Positions 39,050 to 52,325 of a stretch of DNA of 64,000 nt are shown here, one piece after another. The translations under genes and the position numbers were made by a program. The notes beneath the pieces are model-generated. The model had not been told where the DNA came from and searched no databases. It worked only from the letters and a program-made list of their open reading frames with translations. This stretch comes from Octopus bimaculoides (Eukaryota): assembly GCF_001194135.2 (NCBI RefSeq), contig NC_068998.1:22363212-22427211 (forward strand), read 5' to 3'. The stretch's first letter is position 1. Each line of letters opens with the position of its first letter.

Positions 39050-41290
39050 ATGAGAAAGACGAGCCCCACGCACAATGCTAAACTAAACTAAGAACCTTTA
39101 AACACTCATACACACAAAACAATCCAAGAGTTCAACATAATCATCCACCCAACCTAGATCCCTACTTTTACACAGACAGGTCATACTAACACACCAACAA
39201 CCAACATTTTCTAGCCCCAGAACAGGGAAAACGGGTCGCATTTTGGAGCACACAAAATACCAGCGAAAGAACTAACACCCAGATATCTATGCATGCAAAA
39301 CAACCCAAGACAACAATATCACCATACACCCAACCACTATTTGTCCACAGGCGTTTCGTACCAACATTACCACGACCAACATGTTTTAGCTCCAGACAAT
39401 TACGGCTTACAGAAGCACTGGCTGATCGTAATAACGAAGATGATTCACTAGTTAAAAACAGAAATCCTCCACAAAGAAAGAAATAAAAATTTCGACGAAT
39501 CGAAACTTTTCTCTAGCACGCCCTGCACAAACAAAAAATTACATCAAATTTCAGCACCGCCCAATGGAAAGGACTACCTGAAATGCAAAACGATGAAGAA
39601 ATTATAATCAAAGAAGCTTAGTAATGGACACATTATACTACAAAAATAAATTAGTATCCATGACGAACATTACGAAAACAATCAATAATTACCCCCCCTC
39701 CCCCACGAAAACAAAAATGAAGAACCTCTTTTCACTAATCCAAGCCCACGGAAAAGACCTAACAAGAAAGAAATAGACTATATGACAAACTTTAAATGTA
39801 AACCCTGCCTATTCTGTGGTCTACCTAAAATTCACAAAAGCCAAACTTTTAACAATGCCATCAAAAATTTCCAAAGGCATACATACCTGTACCAGCGCAA
39901 AAAGACCTAACATTATGGCCTATTGTAGCTGGACTAAACTGTGAAACACATTCATTAAGTTGTCTCATGGACATTCTCCTGAAACCATTTCTAAAACATA
40001 TCAAGAGTCATATTAGAGATGATTTAGATATGTTAAATCACCTTCCAGAAAGGGTGGAGAAGGAAACAAACATGGTCTCATTCGTTGTGATTAATTCATA
40101 CACCAACATACTCCATAATTATGGAACAGAAAGAATCCGTTTCTGACTTGACTATTATCCAGAAGAAATACTAGAACGGATCAACAAAGACATCATAATC
40201 AAATCAATTAAATTCATCCTCCAAAACAGCCATTTCATGTTTGACACCACAGTTTATCGCTAAAAATTTGGAATTGTATTTGGAACCAGGGCAGCTCCAA
40301 CCATTGCTAATCGAAGAATGGGCTATTTAGAAATAACTGTGTATCAGGAGCCATTTTCAAAATTTGAAAACTCTCTCTCCCAATACATAAAAAAAAAATT
40401 GGAAAAGATTTTTGGACGACTGCTTCATCCTCTAGAATGAAAATATAGAGAAGATCCTGGCGTTGAAAAGACTCCTCAGCAGCGTTAACACCATTATACG
40501 ATTCACAATGGAGCATGACCATAAGGAACTCCCATTCCTAGACACACTGATTAAAAAATATATACAAAAAATAGAAACGGACGTTTTTTCACAAGAACAC
40601 AAACGCTAAACTATATCTATTACTTAGCTCATGTCACCTGAGACATATCAAAACAAATATCCCCTTCAACGTTGCAAGAAAGATTTGCACCGTATTATAC
40701 GAAAAAATATTAGAGGACTCAGATTGCAAGAGCTTAAAAAAGTACTGCAGGACTGGCACTATCCAACTCAACTCATATTGATATTAAAACATTAAGAAAA
40801 GCCAAACACAACACACCTACCCTTAAAACACTAACTTATGTCTCCACACACAACCCCAAAAATAAAGAAACATTTAATATCATCGTCCAAAATCCCCAAA
40901 TACTCCATAAGGGCCCCAAACTTAAGGCAATTCTACGTAACCATAAAATCAGTAAGAGCAGCAAACAATCTAAACATTAAAGAAGATCCTCACAAATGCC
41001 AAACTATTCTCTAGAAAAACAGACGCATAAGTCGAAAAGTTTGGTCACCCTAATTGCGGACATGTCCCAATCTGTTAGAAGGATCGGAATTCCATTTCAG
41101 ACAAGGGCAAATATTTAAAATCAAATGTAACTTTACTAGCGCATCTCAAAACCTTATTTACGTAATTAGATGCTCGGGATTCCATCGAAACTATATTGGT
41201 TTGACAGGAATGTCGATCAGACAGAGATGTGCGGTCCACGGACAACAAATATCCACCCCACAATATCACCAAATATATCTCAGTCAATAT
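39050..41290 (+). mobile_element. Penelope-like element (RT + GIY-YIG endonuclease), near full ORF span but heavily disrupted
   Basis: IIIKEA..VMD; LFCGLPKIHKS; PIVAG; MDILLKPFLKHIKSHIRDDLD; GTRAAPTIAN; WKRFLDDCFIL (DD at 40415-40420); PFLD; NFTSASQNLIYVIRCSGFHRNYIGLTG..RQRCAVH. The Cys-containing linker suggests the Neptune type (inference). Confidence 0.88.
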
Positions 41291-41294
41291 ATTG

Positions 41295-41620
41295 ACTTCT
41301 ACTATAGCCTTGTGAGTGGATTTGGTAGACAGAAGCACAAAGAATCCCGTCGTATATAGATATATAACTACATATTTGTGTGTGTATGTGTGTGTGTGTG
41401 TGTTTTTGTCTGTTTTTGTTCCCCACCACCATCAGTGGACAACCGATGTTGCTTTTTTTATGCCGATGTTAGTGTTAGTGGTTCAGCAAAGTAGACTGAA
41501 AGAATAAGTACTAGCGTTGCAAATACAAGGGCTGGGGTCGATTCATTCGATTAATTAACCTCAAAGGCGTTGCTCCAACATGGTCGCAGTGAGATGACTA
41601 AAACAAGTAAAACAATAAAA
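41295..41620 (+). mobile_element. SINE family A, 5'-truncated, abutting the PLE endonuclease
   Basis: cttctactatagccttgtgagtggatttggtagac...gacaaccgatg...ctggggtcgattc...gctccaacatggtcgcagt. Confidence 0.8.
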
Positions 41621-41739
41621 TAATGGAAGAGTATATATATATTTGGATATATATATATATTCGTATGTGTGTGTGTGTATGTGTGTGTTTGCGTGTGTGT
41701 GTATCCGTATAATACACGCACACTATGATATATATTTAT

Positions 41740-42720
41740 CAATACGATTTTTGGAAGAGAGCAGTACAAAACAAGAGATGAAATCCAGCGAAAGACTAAA
41801 GAATCAAATTTATTGGTTAGAGAATTACCCGCAAATGTATGGGATGGACTTCATGAAAACCTCGACAAATAATAATTATAAAAAGACACTCCCCAGTAGT
41901 AGTTCACAAACAGATCGCAATGATCGTACAACTCTGCCAGACCTAAGGTCCCAAAAATCGAGAAAAGACAAATATTTCAGCAAGATCTAAATAAAATAGA
42001 ATTAAAAATTAAGAAACCCAACCAACACGCAAAGATAAAACCATAGAAGAACCGTAAATTACTTTTATTTAACCCAAAGTAACCGTAATCCTCAACAACA
42101 ATATCGAAGATTTAATAACTGGTCCAACCACTCAGAATCGAAATATTGTGATAATGATAACAATACCAACAATAATAATAATCTTTTTTTGTTTAGGATA
42201 TACGAACTCAAAACAGACACGAAAGAGAAGCCTAAGGATACAGGAAATAGATGGAATTTTAAAATAAATAAAGAGAAGACTAATATAAAAGTAATAAATA
42301 TTTCAGAAAGAAACCTCATGGAAAACGAAGTTAGGATTCTAAAATACGGACTCAAATTTTCACCAACACCGCAACCCAACACTATAGAACTTATTAAGAA
42401 AATTCACCTTAAAGATTTCTTTTAAAACAAATTCTCTGAAGACGTATCAATCGTGAAGAATCAGATAATCCAGTAAACAAAAACAGATACTTAGAGGAAT
42501 ATATAATGTATGTAGAAATTCTGCAAAATCCGATCTCACAATGGGCCATGCAAAATAAAAAACTACGCATGAAGAAAAAGAATCTTTGGAATCTTTACAA
42601 CAAGATCACTTAATAATTATTAAATAAGCTGACAAAGGAGAGGTAATTGTCAATGGACAAACTCCATTATAGAAAAATTATCCATGAGATAGGTATACAT
42701 TAAAGAAGATTAGTAAAAAT
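41740..42720 (+). mobile_element. N-terminal half of a second Penelope-like ORF
   Basis: KVINISERNLMENEVRILKYGLKFSPTPQP; EEKESLESLQQDHLIIIK*ADKG..MD. Confidence 0.75.
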
Positions 42721-42734
42721 GAACTTACAAAAAG

Positions 42735-43265
42735 GCGAAATTTGAGTTCAACGTAAATACGTACGAAATGCCACTAAGCCCAGCGTGCTAACTACTCTAA
42801 CAACTCGCCTCCTTAAATGCACTAGTAATAATGATTTCAAATTTTGGCACTAGGCCAGCAATTTTGTTGGAAGGGATAAGACTATACTATCAACCCCCTA
42901 ACACTTAACTGGTACCTATTTTATCGATCGTGAAGACAAAGGCAATATCGATCTCGACGCAATTTGAACTCTGAATGTAAAGATGGATGAAATACTGCTA
43001 AGCATTTAACCAGGCGTGCTAAAGATTCTGCCATCTCGCCACCTTAAATGTACTACTAATAATCTTTTCTACTATAGTACGAGGCCGGGAATTTGAGGGG
43101 AAGGGGATGATCGATCACATCGACCACAGTACTTGACTGGTACTTAATTTATTGACACTGAAACGATGGAAGGCACAATCGACCACGGATGAAATGTCGC
43201 TAAGCATTTTGCCCATCGCGCTTACGATTCTGCCATCTCACCGTCTTAAATGCACTAGTAATAAC
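42735..43265 (-). mobile_element. Three head-to-tail SINE family B copies
   Basis: Heads (aagg(a/t)ggcgag..gcagaatc..tagc) end near 42812, 43045 and 43247; tails tgtgcc/ggcc..tactatag. Confidence 0.8.
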
Positions 43266-43289
43266 GAAATGTTTTTATTAACACCGTCC

Positions 43290-43500
43290 CTCTCGTTGTC
43301 GTCGTCGTCATCATCATCGTCCTCAACATCATCGTCATCATCGTCGTCGTCGTCGTCGTCATCGTTGCTGTCTTCATGGTCGTATTCATCATCACCACCA
43401 CCAACAACACCATCATCATGATCTCATCATCATCATCATCATCATCATCATCACCATAATGATCATCATCATCATGATCATCATCATCATCAAGAAAAAA
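43290..43500. repeat. Degenerate (TCA/TCG)n trinucleotide tract
   Basis: Direct reading. Confidence 0.9.
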
Positions 43501-44375
43501 CATCATTATCACCGTCATTACGTGTCATTACGGACTCATTTTCCATTTCCGCTCAAAAGAAAAAGAATCTTATTGGTTGGGAATCCCTGAGAATAGATTT
43601 AGACATTAGTTCTATGTTAAAATACGCAATAGAGTACTACCTGAACCTGCAGAAATATTTTCACTTAATGCTTCTACAACAGCAGAATATATGTAGCTAA
43701 ATCAAATCTTGTCAGATAATGGTGTCTAATGATTTCATAATGACGTAACTATTTCCTGTGCACCTTTGTTAATTGTACACTACGCATAAACGTTCAATAG
43801 ACCATGATATTTCATCGAATGAATATGCACCAAGCATAAAAAAAAATATTAGATAAGTATCACCTAAATGTATTCAATACAAACGCAACGTTCTTTCAAT
43901 AGACTTCTTTCTGATGTTTCCCTCCTTGCTTTTTCTACATTATAAATATCTATACAATAAATGTACTCAGTATATCCAGAACGTTACGTACACCGTTCCA
44001 ATTCACAATATCCCTCGCTAGGTATTTCCAATTTCATACGGAATTCCATTTATGTAGGAAAAAATTATAAGGGAAGTATCATTCCAATAAGAAATATTGA
44101 TAACATTTACATAATGAAATTTATGAAAGTTACCAGTTTTCCATTCCGTTTTACATTTATAAGAACGGAACCTTTTATATGTGAATAAATGACAGATATC
44201 CTTTCCGTGTGTATGACTCTATTCTCATACATCTTTGTAAATAACTTATGTATCTATGTCAATATAAAATTTCGAAATTATAGGAATGTAATTTTTTGGG
44301 AGCATTGCATAAGTTGTCATTGCATTTTACTATTTTTCTTTGAAAACAAATTGCAAATTTCAATACACACTGACT

Positions 44376-44399
44376 ATACTACTATTACTACTACTACCT

Positions 44400-44469
<70 letters not shown>

Positions 44470-44501
44470 CACTGCTGCTACTGCTGCTACTGCTGCTAAT
44501 A

Positions 44502-44560
<59 letters not shown>
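44376..44560. repeat. (CTA)n/(CTG)n compound microsatellite
   Basis: Direct reading. Confidence 0.95.
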
Positions 44561-44561
<1 letters not shown>

Positions 44562-44629
44562 GGAGAGTTGCATTAATGATAGAAAAAAAGAGTCAAATAA
44601 TTGGAGCAAAAAGTGCAAAATGTCAACAA

Positions 44630-44996
44630 TGTCCCGGGTTCAGTCCCACTGCGTGGCATCTTGGGCAAGTGCCTTCTACTATAGCCTCGGGCCGACCAAT
44701 GCCTTGTGAGTGGATTTGGTAGACGGAAACTGAAAGAAGCCTGTCGTATATATGTATATATATATATGTATGTGTGTATGTGTTTGTATGTCTGTGTTTG
44801 TCCCCCCAACATCGCTTGACAACCGATGCTGGTGTGTTTATGTCCCCGTAACTTAGCGGTTCGGCAAAAGAGACCGAAATAATAAGTACTAGGCTTCCAA
44901 AGAATAAGTCCTGGGGTCGATTTGCTCGACTAAAGGCGGTGCTCCAGCATGGCCACAGTCAAAAAGACTGAAACAAGTAAAAGAGTAAAAGAGTAA
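44630..44996 (+). mobile_element. SINE family A, best-preserved copy in the window (missing extreme 5' end)
   Basis: B-box-like GGGTTCAGTCCC, central ttgggcaagtg, internal TA/TG tract, tail ending (agagtaaa)n. Confidence 0.9.
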
Positions 44997-45284
44997 TCGA
45001 GTAAATATATGTATATACACAAAATGAAAGTACTTCAAGAATCTGATGTAAAATCTATGTTGAAAATATCGTCCATTATATGGATTATATTCTTGCATGA
45101 AAGCAACACTTGCTTACTACCAATGACCAATGTCAATGCAAGGAAACAATAGCAGTCACCCTAGCACATATGTATATGTATAAAATACTTTCTCACCTTC
45201 TCGAGCGTCAAACTAATATACCTGCTTGTTGTTTATACACCCTTCTTCGCCTTTTGTCTGTCTGCAAATTTCAACTGTATATAT

Positions 45285-45422
<138 letters not shown>

Positions 45423-47464
45423 AGTAGGTAGGTAGATAGTTATAGATATAGTAGGGAAAAATTTCGTTGAAGAGATTTTCCCACATTTTCAGTTGTTGGG
45501 AGAAAATATATAATAAGTATGTATGTATGTATATGATGGACTCAGTTTTGCCCCATGAGGATCCGAAGTTTTCGCCAATTCAAAGTAAATAGGAATTTAT
45601 TAACATGTTGGGGTGTGTTAGAAAATGTGAAAGTAAATTTATTGAAGATTAATAATAACGCGTGATAAAATGTTATAGTGTTCCACACGCACAGAAGTAA
45701 TTGTGTTTTACTTCCAAAACATTCCTAGTACAATCCTAGCTCTTACGGCATAATTACATGGCCTGAATTTCAGGTTTTATACGCATTTCCGATATAATTT
45801 AAGAGTTACATTATATAAAATTAGCATATGATTTTACTAGGTAACTAAAATACATTAGTTTGAATCATTTTAATAAATCAGAAACTTAGAGAAAAACATA
45901 ATTTAACAGACAATTGTATTGCGTATTAACAGTAATTAAACGGTGGATGCATGTTGTAGAGAACATGTCGTCAGAGCACAAATATACATATCATGAAATG
46001 TTTTGTGATTATCATAGATATCATGATGACCTTCATCACTGACATATGATATTAGTCCAACTCTATTTCCAAGAAAAGACATTCAGGAAGTAATATATAA
46101 AATGAATAATAATAACCCTAATAGTCAGAACGTTTAATTCTTTCTAATATTGTACATTGTTAATTCCAATATAGCGTGAATTTTATGTTCTTGTTTAGCG
46201 TATTGAAAAAGTTTAGATTAAAAATATAAACGTATTTGCTAACGACGTTACTTTTGTAATATCACTAAAATAAAGATACACTGTTATGAAAATGAATATC
46301 TTACTAACGGGCACATTGAATTTGTCAAGTAGCAATCGTTATTTCAAAGCCTAGAGTATGCATTTGAAAATTTGAAAGCAAACGTTATCAATTGTCTCTA
46401 TAACCTTTGTAACCATTCTGTTCATACAGAAAAGCAGTGGGGTCAACTTTGGTATTAAAGTATTTAGAGATAAATATTCATTATCAATACACAAAGAAAT
46501 AGACGACTAATGCAGATCAATTCTATTTGTTTCTGTACTTGCAACATTTAAGAACTACAACGACAATGGAAATTAGACGACATGGATATAAAGATTAAGA
46601 AAAGAAGTATCAGCAATAAAGCAGCATATTAAAGAATATTAGAAAAACAAATACTTCTCAGAATTAACTATTTGTATGAACGTACAGCGTATTGTGTAGA
46701 ACATCAAATGAATTAAACAGATGAAGTAAAGAAAATACAAAGAATAGCTGAACGAATACCGTACAAGAATAACATCTAAATTAGTCGAAAGTTGTCTTTC
46801 AGTTAGAGAAAGGAATAAAAATCCATTCAAAATCTTTACCGATTTACAATGCATTAACATAGTTATTTTAAGAATTTAAAAAATAATTCAGTTCCAATTA
46901 TTATTGTGCTTCATCCAGTGGCTTGTATTAGCGACAATGTTGGGAACAATGAAAATGTTTCGATATTATCTGGTTAGCGTAGTCCTTCAGACAGTAGATT
47001 TTAGAATACAAAATGTCATAAAAATAATTTTAGTTCTCATTATTTTGCATAAATTTATAACACAATGAAGAAATACCGCCAACAATCCAGCAGGATGGAT
47101 TAAGGCAAATCAAATAGCGAGCACCGTAAAAAAATGTCATACCTGATAGTCTAGCAAAATTGAAGACAGATTATAAAATCTAATGGCTATCGTTGGGGAC
47201 ACACATAGTTAAGAGACTAATTTATTGATTAATACATAGGTATTTCCTAACCGATTTAGGAAACAAAAATAAGACATTTCAGTTTGCATGACAAATATGA
47301 TTTCTCAATTTTTTGACAGTGTCTTTCATTTACCTCTTTTTGTCAGAAATTATTCCTCCCAAATTTTATGCCGCCATTCTCTAGCTGTGTCATTGCATAC
47401 GTCGAAACTTCCGCCAGCTTCTCTAATTTTGTGTGATAAAATAACACTGTATCTTGTAATATTG

Positions 47465-47680
47465 GCTTCAAATTTTGGCAAAGGGTCGGGAATTTCGAAG
47501 GAAGAGTTAAGTCGATTACATTGATCCCACTGTTCAAACGGTAGTTACTTTATGAACCAGGAAAGGATGAAGGGGAAAGGTGAACCTAGGTGAAATTTGA
47601 GCGCTGAACATAAAGACGAACGAAATGCCGCTAAACATCTTGCCCGGCATGCAAACGATTCTGCTAGCTGGTCGCCTTAC
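47465..47680 (-). mobile_element. SINE family B copy
   Basis: aaggcgaccagctagcagaatcgtttgcatgccgggcaagatg...tttgccaaaatttgaagcc on the minus strand. Confidence 0.8.
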
Positions 47681-47905
47681 TGCATTTTGTGATGTTCAAA
47701 AGCAGAAGCTGCTATTCTTTTGAACTGACTGCTTATATCACTGAAATAAGTAAATATTTCATTTGATATTCCTTTCTTAAATTTGTTATCCCGTGCAATA
47801 TAAAGCCTATCAAGAATTGTAATAATAAAGAAATACAAATCTATTAAGTTCTCACTAAACTACCGGATCAGAAAAATGTGTTTGCTTACTCCTATCATCT
47901 TTGCA

Positions 47906-48659
47906 TAGGAGGTGGCATCAAAGATCTCCCGGACTAGTTATGTTTAATAAAAATACCTTATGTACCTAAGTTTTAGCATCATCTCATTCGAAATAGTCAC
48001 CTTGTGCAGCAGTACACTGGTCTCAGCGTGCCATTTTTGGAATCCGGCCTGGAAGATATTTGTCCTCAGCGAGTCGAAGTATTTCTGCGTTTCCCTCTTG
48101 AGCTCAGCAATGGGGAAGAGATGGAAGTCCGCAGGTGCTAAATCTGGCAAATAGGATGGGTGCAGAAGCGATACCATGTTGTTTTTGGCGAGAAATGCAT
48201 GAGTGAGGAGAGCTCGGTGACAGGGTGCATAGACCTCGTGAAGACTCCAGTTGTTATGATTATCTGCACGGACCCATACGATAGACCAACTACATCAGCA
48301 ATGTCGGTGATAGTCCTCCGACGATCTTCATGCACAAGCTCATTACTTTTCTCTACATTTCCCGAGATGACACTCATGGCAGGTCTTCCAAATCACTCAT
48401 CGTCTTCCAGGGATGTTCCTCCGCTTTTGAAGCACCCGTGCCATTCGAAACATTGCGTAAGACCCATTGCCTCGTAGCCGTAAGTTTGCCAAGCCATGCG
48501 CAATGTCACTGTAGCAGACTTTCAAATTTAAACGCAATATTTGGCGTGTGCTATTTGGACAACATCCTATCTCTAACAAAATTGTGTGCAAGCAACCGTT
48601 TGCTGCCACCTGTTCACGGCCTATAGAACCAGTCTGGAAACTTTTTATAGCTCCTCATA
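47906..48659 (-). mobile_element. Mariner with both termini and a large internal deletion
   Basis: Ends gaggagctataaaaagtttccagactggt and gaggtggcatcaaagatctcccggactagt are similar inverted repeats. HTH (WHGCFKSGGTSLEDD..GRP..EDRRRTITDIADVVGLSYGSVQII) is joined to APCHRALLTHAFLAKNNMVSLLHPSYLPDLAPADFHLFP. Confidence 0.9.
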
Positions 48660-49874
48660 TATGTCTTTTTTCCTATAATTTCTACCGATATGTAGATGGT
48701 GTGCAACACGCAAAGATGAGGTTTAACAAACGTATTTGTAGTTGTTTCGTCCTATTTAGATTGGCAGTTTCACAATGTTAAATATTCAGTTGTTCTATCA
48801 TTTTGCTAAACATCTAAATGAAGCCATGATTCAGTTTTATTGCTACCATATGAAATGAATTCACAACGCCCATCATGAAAAGGGAAGTTTACTTCTATTT
48901 GGTATTTTAGTTTCGGCCATCTGTAGAAAATTAAAATGCTTAAAATGATTTAAAAAAGAAGTTCGTCTGAAAACTAAGTGGAGATGTATGTAATGAGTTC
49001 TTTATTATAGTAAGCAAATTATGGTTTGTTTATCACTGAAAAGATATTTTGTAGTAAAATCTTTATACCTCGAATACCAATGGTTCTTTAATTAACATGT
49101 CTGTGCTGGATAGAAATAGATATAATCTTCTTAAGCATTAATATAGTTCAACAACGCATTGCATGATGACTTGTTCTTGCTGTACAATTAAGTATTATAA
49201 AGTTGATAACACTGACGATGTGTATGAGTGCGTGTGTTTGGGTGTATGTATTGGAATGCATGTGTGTAGGCAGTCATGTGTGCATAATAGAGCAAATATT
49301 GGTTCTGACGATTTGTTTACATTGGAAACGGCAGAGTAAAAATTTGATAGTATAAACCGCCTTGTTCATTAATCCACAAGTTGCATCGCTTTAGCATCGC
49401 CATTAATGTTGAGAACTAATCAGTATAGCTATTAATTATATGGAAAGACAATGTCTACAGTATTACTTTAATGTACTCGACTAACAGACGACAGTTATAA
49501 TTCTGAACAATGTTTCTCTATAGCGACTAGGAAATTTTGTTAACTGTATACACAATGCTTCTTGAATATATTATGTGAATAATGTTTATTTACTTTTATT
49601 TAGAGAGTGGAAAAAGCTTATTTTATTAAGAACTTCTTAGAAGCAGATCAGTAATATCCTTTAAGTTGCTTAAATGTTAGTCTATAGTCAATACTTTAGC
49701 TGAACTGTCGTCGTAGCTTAATTCTTTGAAATATAATACGAGATAAGGTCTCTGAACTATAAAATATGCCTATACTTTATGTATTTCTCTAAATGAAGGT
49801 TCAAATATTTCTTAATACAAGAAATGCAAAGACCATTATTGTAAAACCTTCATCATTACCGTAAGCTTCTTTCT

Positions 49875-49933
49875 CATCCTCCTCATCATCATTCTCATCA
49901 AAATCACCACCATCATAATCATCATCATCGTCG

Positions 49934-49993
<60 letters not shown>

Positions 49994-50012
49994 ATATCAT
50001 CATCATCATCAC
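49875..50012. repeat. (ATC)n microsatellite
   Basis: Direct reading. Confidence 0.95.
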
Positions 50013-50486
50013 TCCTATTGTCATCGTGTCATTATTCGTGTTATCATTTCTTCAATGTATACCTGCCTATAAAAACGTTTTTGGTTGTTACTACTCGTAA
50101 CCTTACACTTGCAAAACAATCAAGGCACACCTGAATGCATGTTTTGCAGGCCTTGAATGGTTTTTCTCATCATGCAACGCTATTTCACATTTCTTCATAC
50201 AATGGCAATGAAATTTCCTATTTTCCTTAAATAATATAGATATTCTATTCTGCAATTCCTCTTGCAGCACACTACTCCCCAAAATTAAATATAAATATAT
50301 ATATGATACTTGATTTTTTCCTCAGCATTTTACAACATCATCCACATTGAATATTCTTTATAAGTTTCCTCCGATGTTTCTATAACTATTCAGCTACCAT
50401 AAATAACCCAAATGAAATCTGGGTTCGGAATTTGAAATATTTGAAATTGTTCTTAATTTTTAGGAGGACGAGCTGATTAGACTGAT

Positions 50487-50700
50487 CTAAGTACGTAAAA
50501 TTCTTTCAAAACTAGGCAAGGAAATGTAATCCGGGCGCCAGTCTGGCTTCACAGTATTATCGTTAACACATTTTCTAAGCAATTCATATAATTCCGGTGT
50601 GTGGAACAAAATAATTTTAGCCGCCCCAATGTTAAATGTTGATGGAAAATGAATAGCGGCCTTTGAAGCAATTTCTACGTGTTTGAGATATTCCAAGTGT
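50487..50700 (-). other. Candidate terminal coding exon of unknown identity (weak kinase C-lobe resemblance)
   Basis: Acceptor aattactttgtacag; open frame HLEYLKH...PELYELLRKCVNDNTVKPDWRPDYISLPSFERILRT*; no partner exon found. Confidence 0.25.
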
Positions 50701-51307
50701 CTGTACAAAGTAATTTATATACTTCCCAGAAACCTACATCTTATAACATTTCTGGGTGTACGTGGAGAGACAGAAATTGTAGCGGACTTTTTCGAGAAAT
50801 GTAACACCTTAGGTATTGAAATATTGAAATGATTCTTATCCGGTTTCAGCTTATATATGTTGATTATGTAATTTGAAATGAAAAACGCTGCAACAGGTTA
50901 TTATCTAGAGACAGCTTAATGATCAAGCGCGAAATGCTTGCGTGTCAAGACAAAGGGAAACATATAAACAGACCGAATTTATCAATTTCATATGTAGGAA
51001 AACATACTTGAAAATAAGAATAATAAAAAGATTTGGACCTCAAACGTAGATAATTTAACAATTGTCACAGTCAAAACAATATACCAATCACTATTACGAT
51101 ATGTTTGGGAATGGTGAGAATGGCAGATTTAATTTGTAAACATAAAGTGTGTTTGCGGTCTCCTGATACATGCATGCTCCGGATAAGTTTAGATATGCGA
51201 TACACATATTGCACTACCATGTGTGAAAACTAACAAGAGGAAAGTAACATGTAAATATGTACGAGAATATAATATCTGTATATATTTATACAGACACACG
51301 TATATAT

Positions 51308-51628
51308 NNNNNNNNNNNNNNNNNNNNNNNNNNNNNNNNNNNNNNNNNNNNNNNNNNNNNNNNNNNNNNNNNNNNNNNNNNNNNNNNNNNNNNNNNNNNN
51401 NNNNNNNNNNNNNNNNNNNNNNNNNNNNNNNNNNNNNNNNNNNNNNNNNNNNNNNNNNNNNNNNNNNNNNNNNNNNNNNNNNNNNNNNNNNNNNNNNNNN
51501 NNNNNNNNNNNNNNNNNNNNNNNNNNNNNNNNNNNNNNNNNNNNNNNNNNNNNNNNNNNNNNNNNNNNNNNNNNNNNNNNNNNNNNNNNNNNNNNNNNNN
51601 NNNNNNNNNNNNNNNNNNNNNNNNNNNN
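51308..51628. other. Assembly gap (N)
   Basis: N run flanked by (TA)n. Confidence 1.
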
Positions 51629-51696
51629 ATATATATATATATATATATATATACACTGTGAGCAGCATGCAACTGGTATAATATTATATTTCTATT

Positions 51697-52325
51697 AAGG
51701 CGGTGAGTTGGCAGAAACGTTAGCGCGCCGGGCGAAATGCTTAGTGGTATTTCGTCTGCCGTTACGTTCTGAGTTCAAATTCCGCCGAGGTCGACTTTGC
51801 TTTCATCCTTTCGGGGTCGATAAATTAAGTACCTGTTACGCACTGGGGTCGATGTAATCGACTCAATCTCTTTCTCTGCCCTTGTTTGTCCCCTCTATGT
51901 TTAGCCCTTTGCGAGAAAATAAAGAAAAATAAAGAAATAAGAAACTTTGGTACGCCGGGTGAAATAGTGGTATTTCATCCGTCTTTATGTTCTGAGTTCA
52001 AATTCCGCCTCCGTCGACTTTGCCTTTCATCATTTCGGGGTCATCTTCATCAGTCTAACCGACTACTGTCCCCTTCCCCCAAAATTCCGGGTCTTGTGCC
52101 TAGAGTAGAAAAGAATAAAAGGCGACTAGCTGACAGAAACGGGCAAAATACTTAGCGGTATTTCGTCTGTCTTTACATTTTGAATTCAAACTCCAGCGAG
52201 GTCGACTTTGCCATTTATCCATTCGGGGTCGATACATTAAGTACCAGTTGCGTACTAGCATCAGTCTAATCGACTGGTCCCCTCCCCCAAAATGTTCGAG
52301 ACCTGTGCCTAGAGTAGAAAACAAT
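51697..52325 (+). mobile_element. Three head-to-tail SINE family B copies
   Basis: Copy 1 has A-box-like TGGCAGAAACG and B-box-like GAGTTCAAATTCC; copies start at ~51697, ~51953 and ~52119; shared gtcgactttgc..tcatc.tttcggggtc. Confidence 0.88.

Noticed and set aside
43152-44722. Poly-S/D/M/T/A/L ORFs
   Set aside because: Microsatellite translations.
51697-51790. tRNA gene
   Set aside because: A/B-box-like motifs are present, but there is no cloverleaf and the sequence continues into a multi-copy SINE body.
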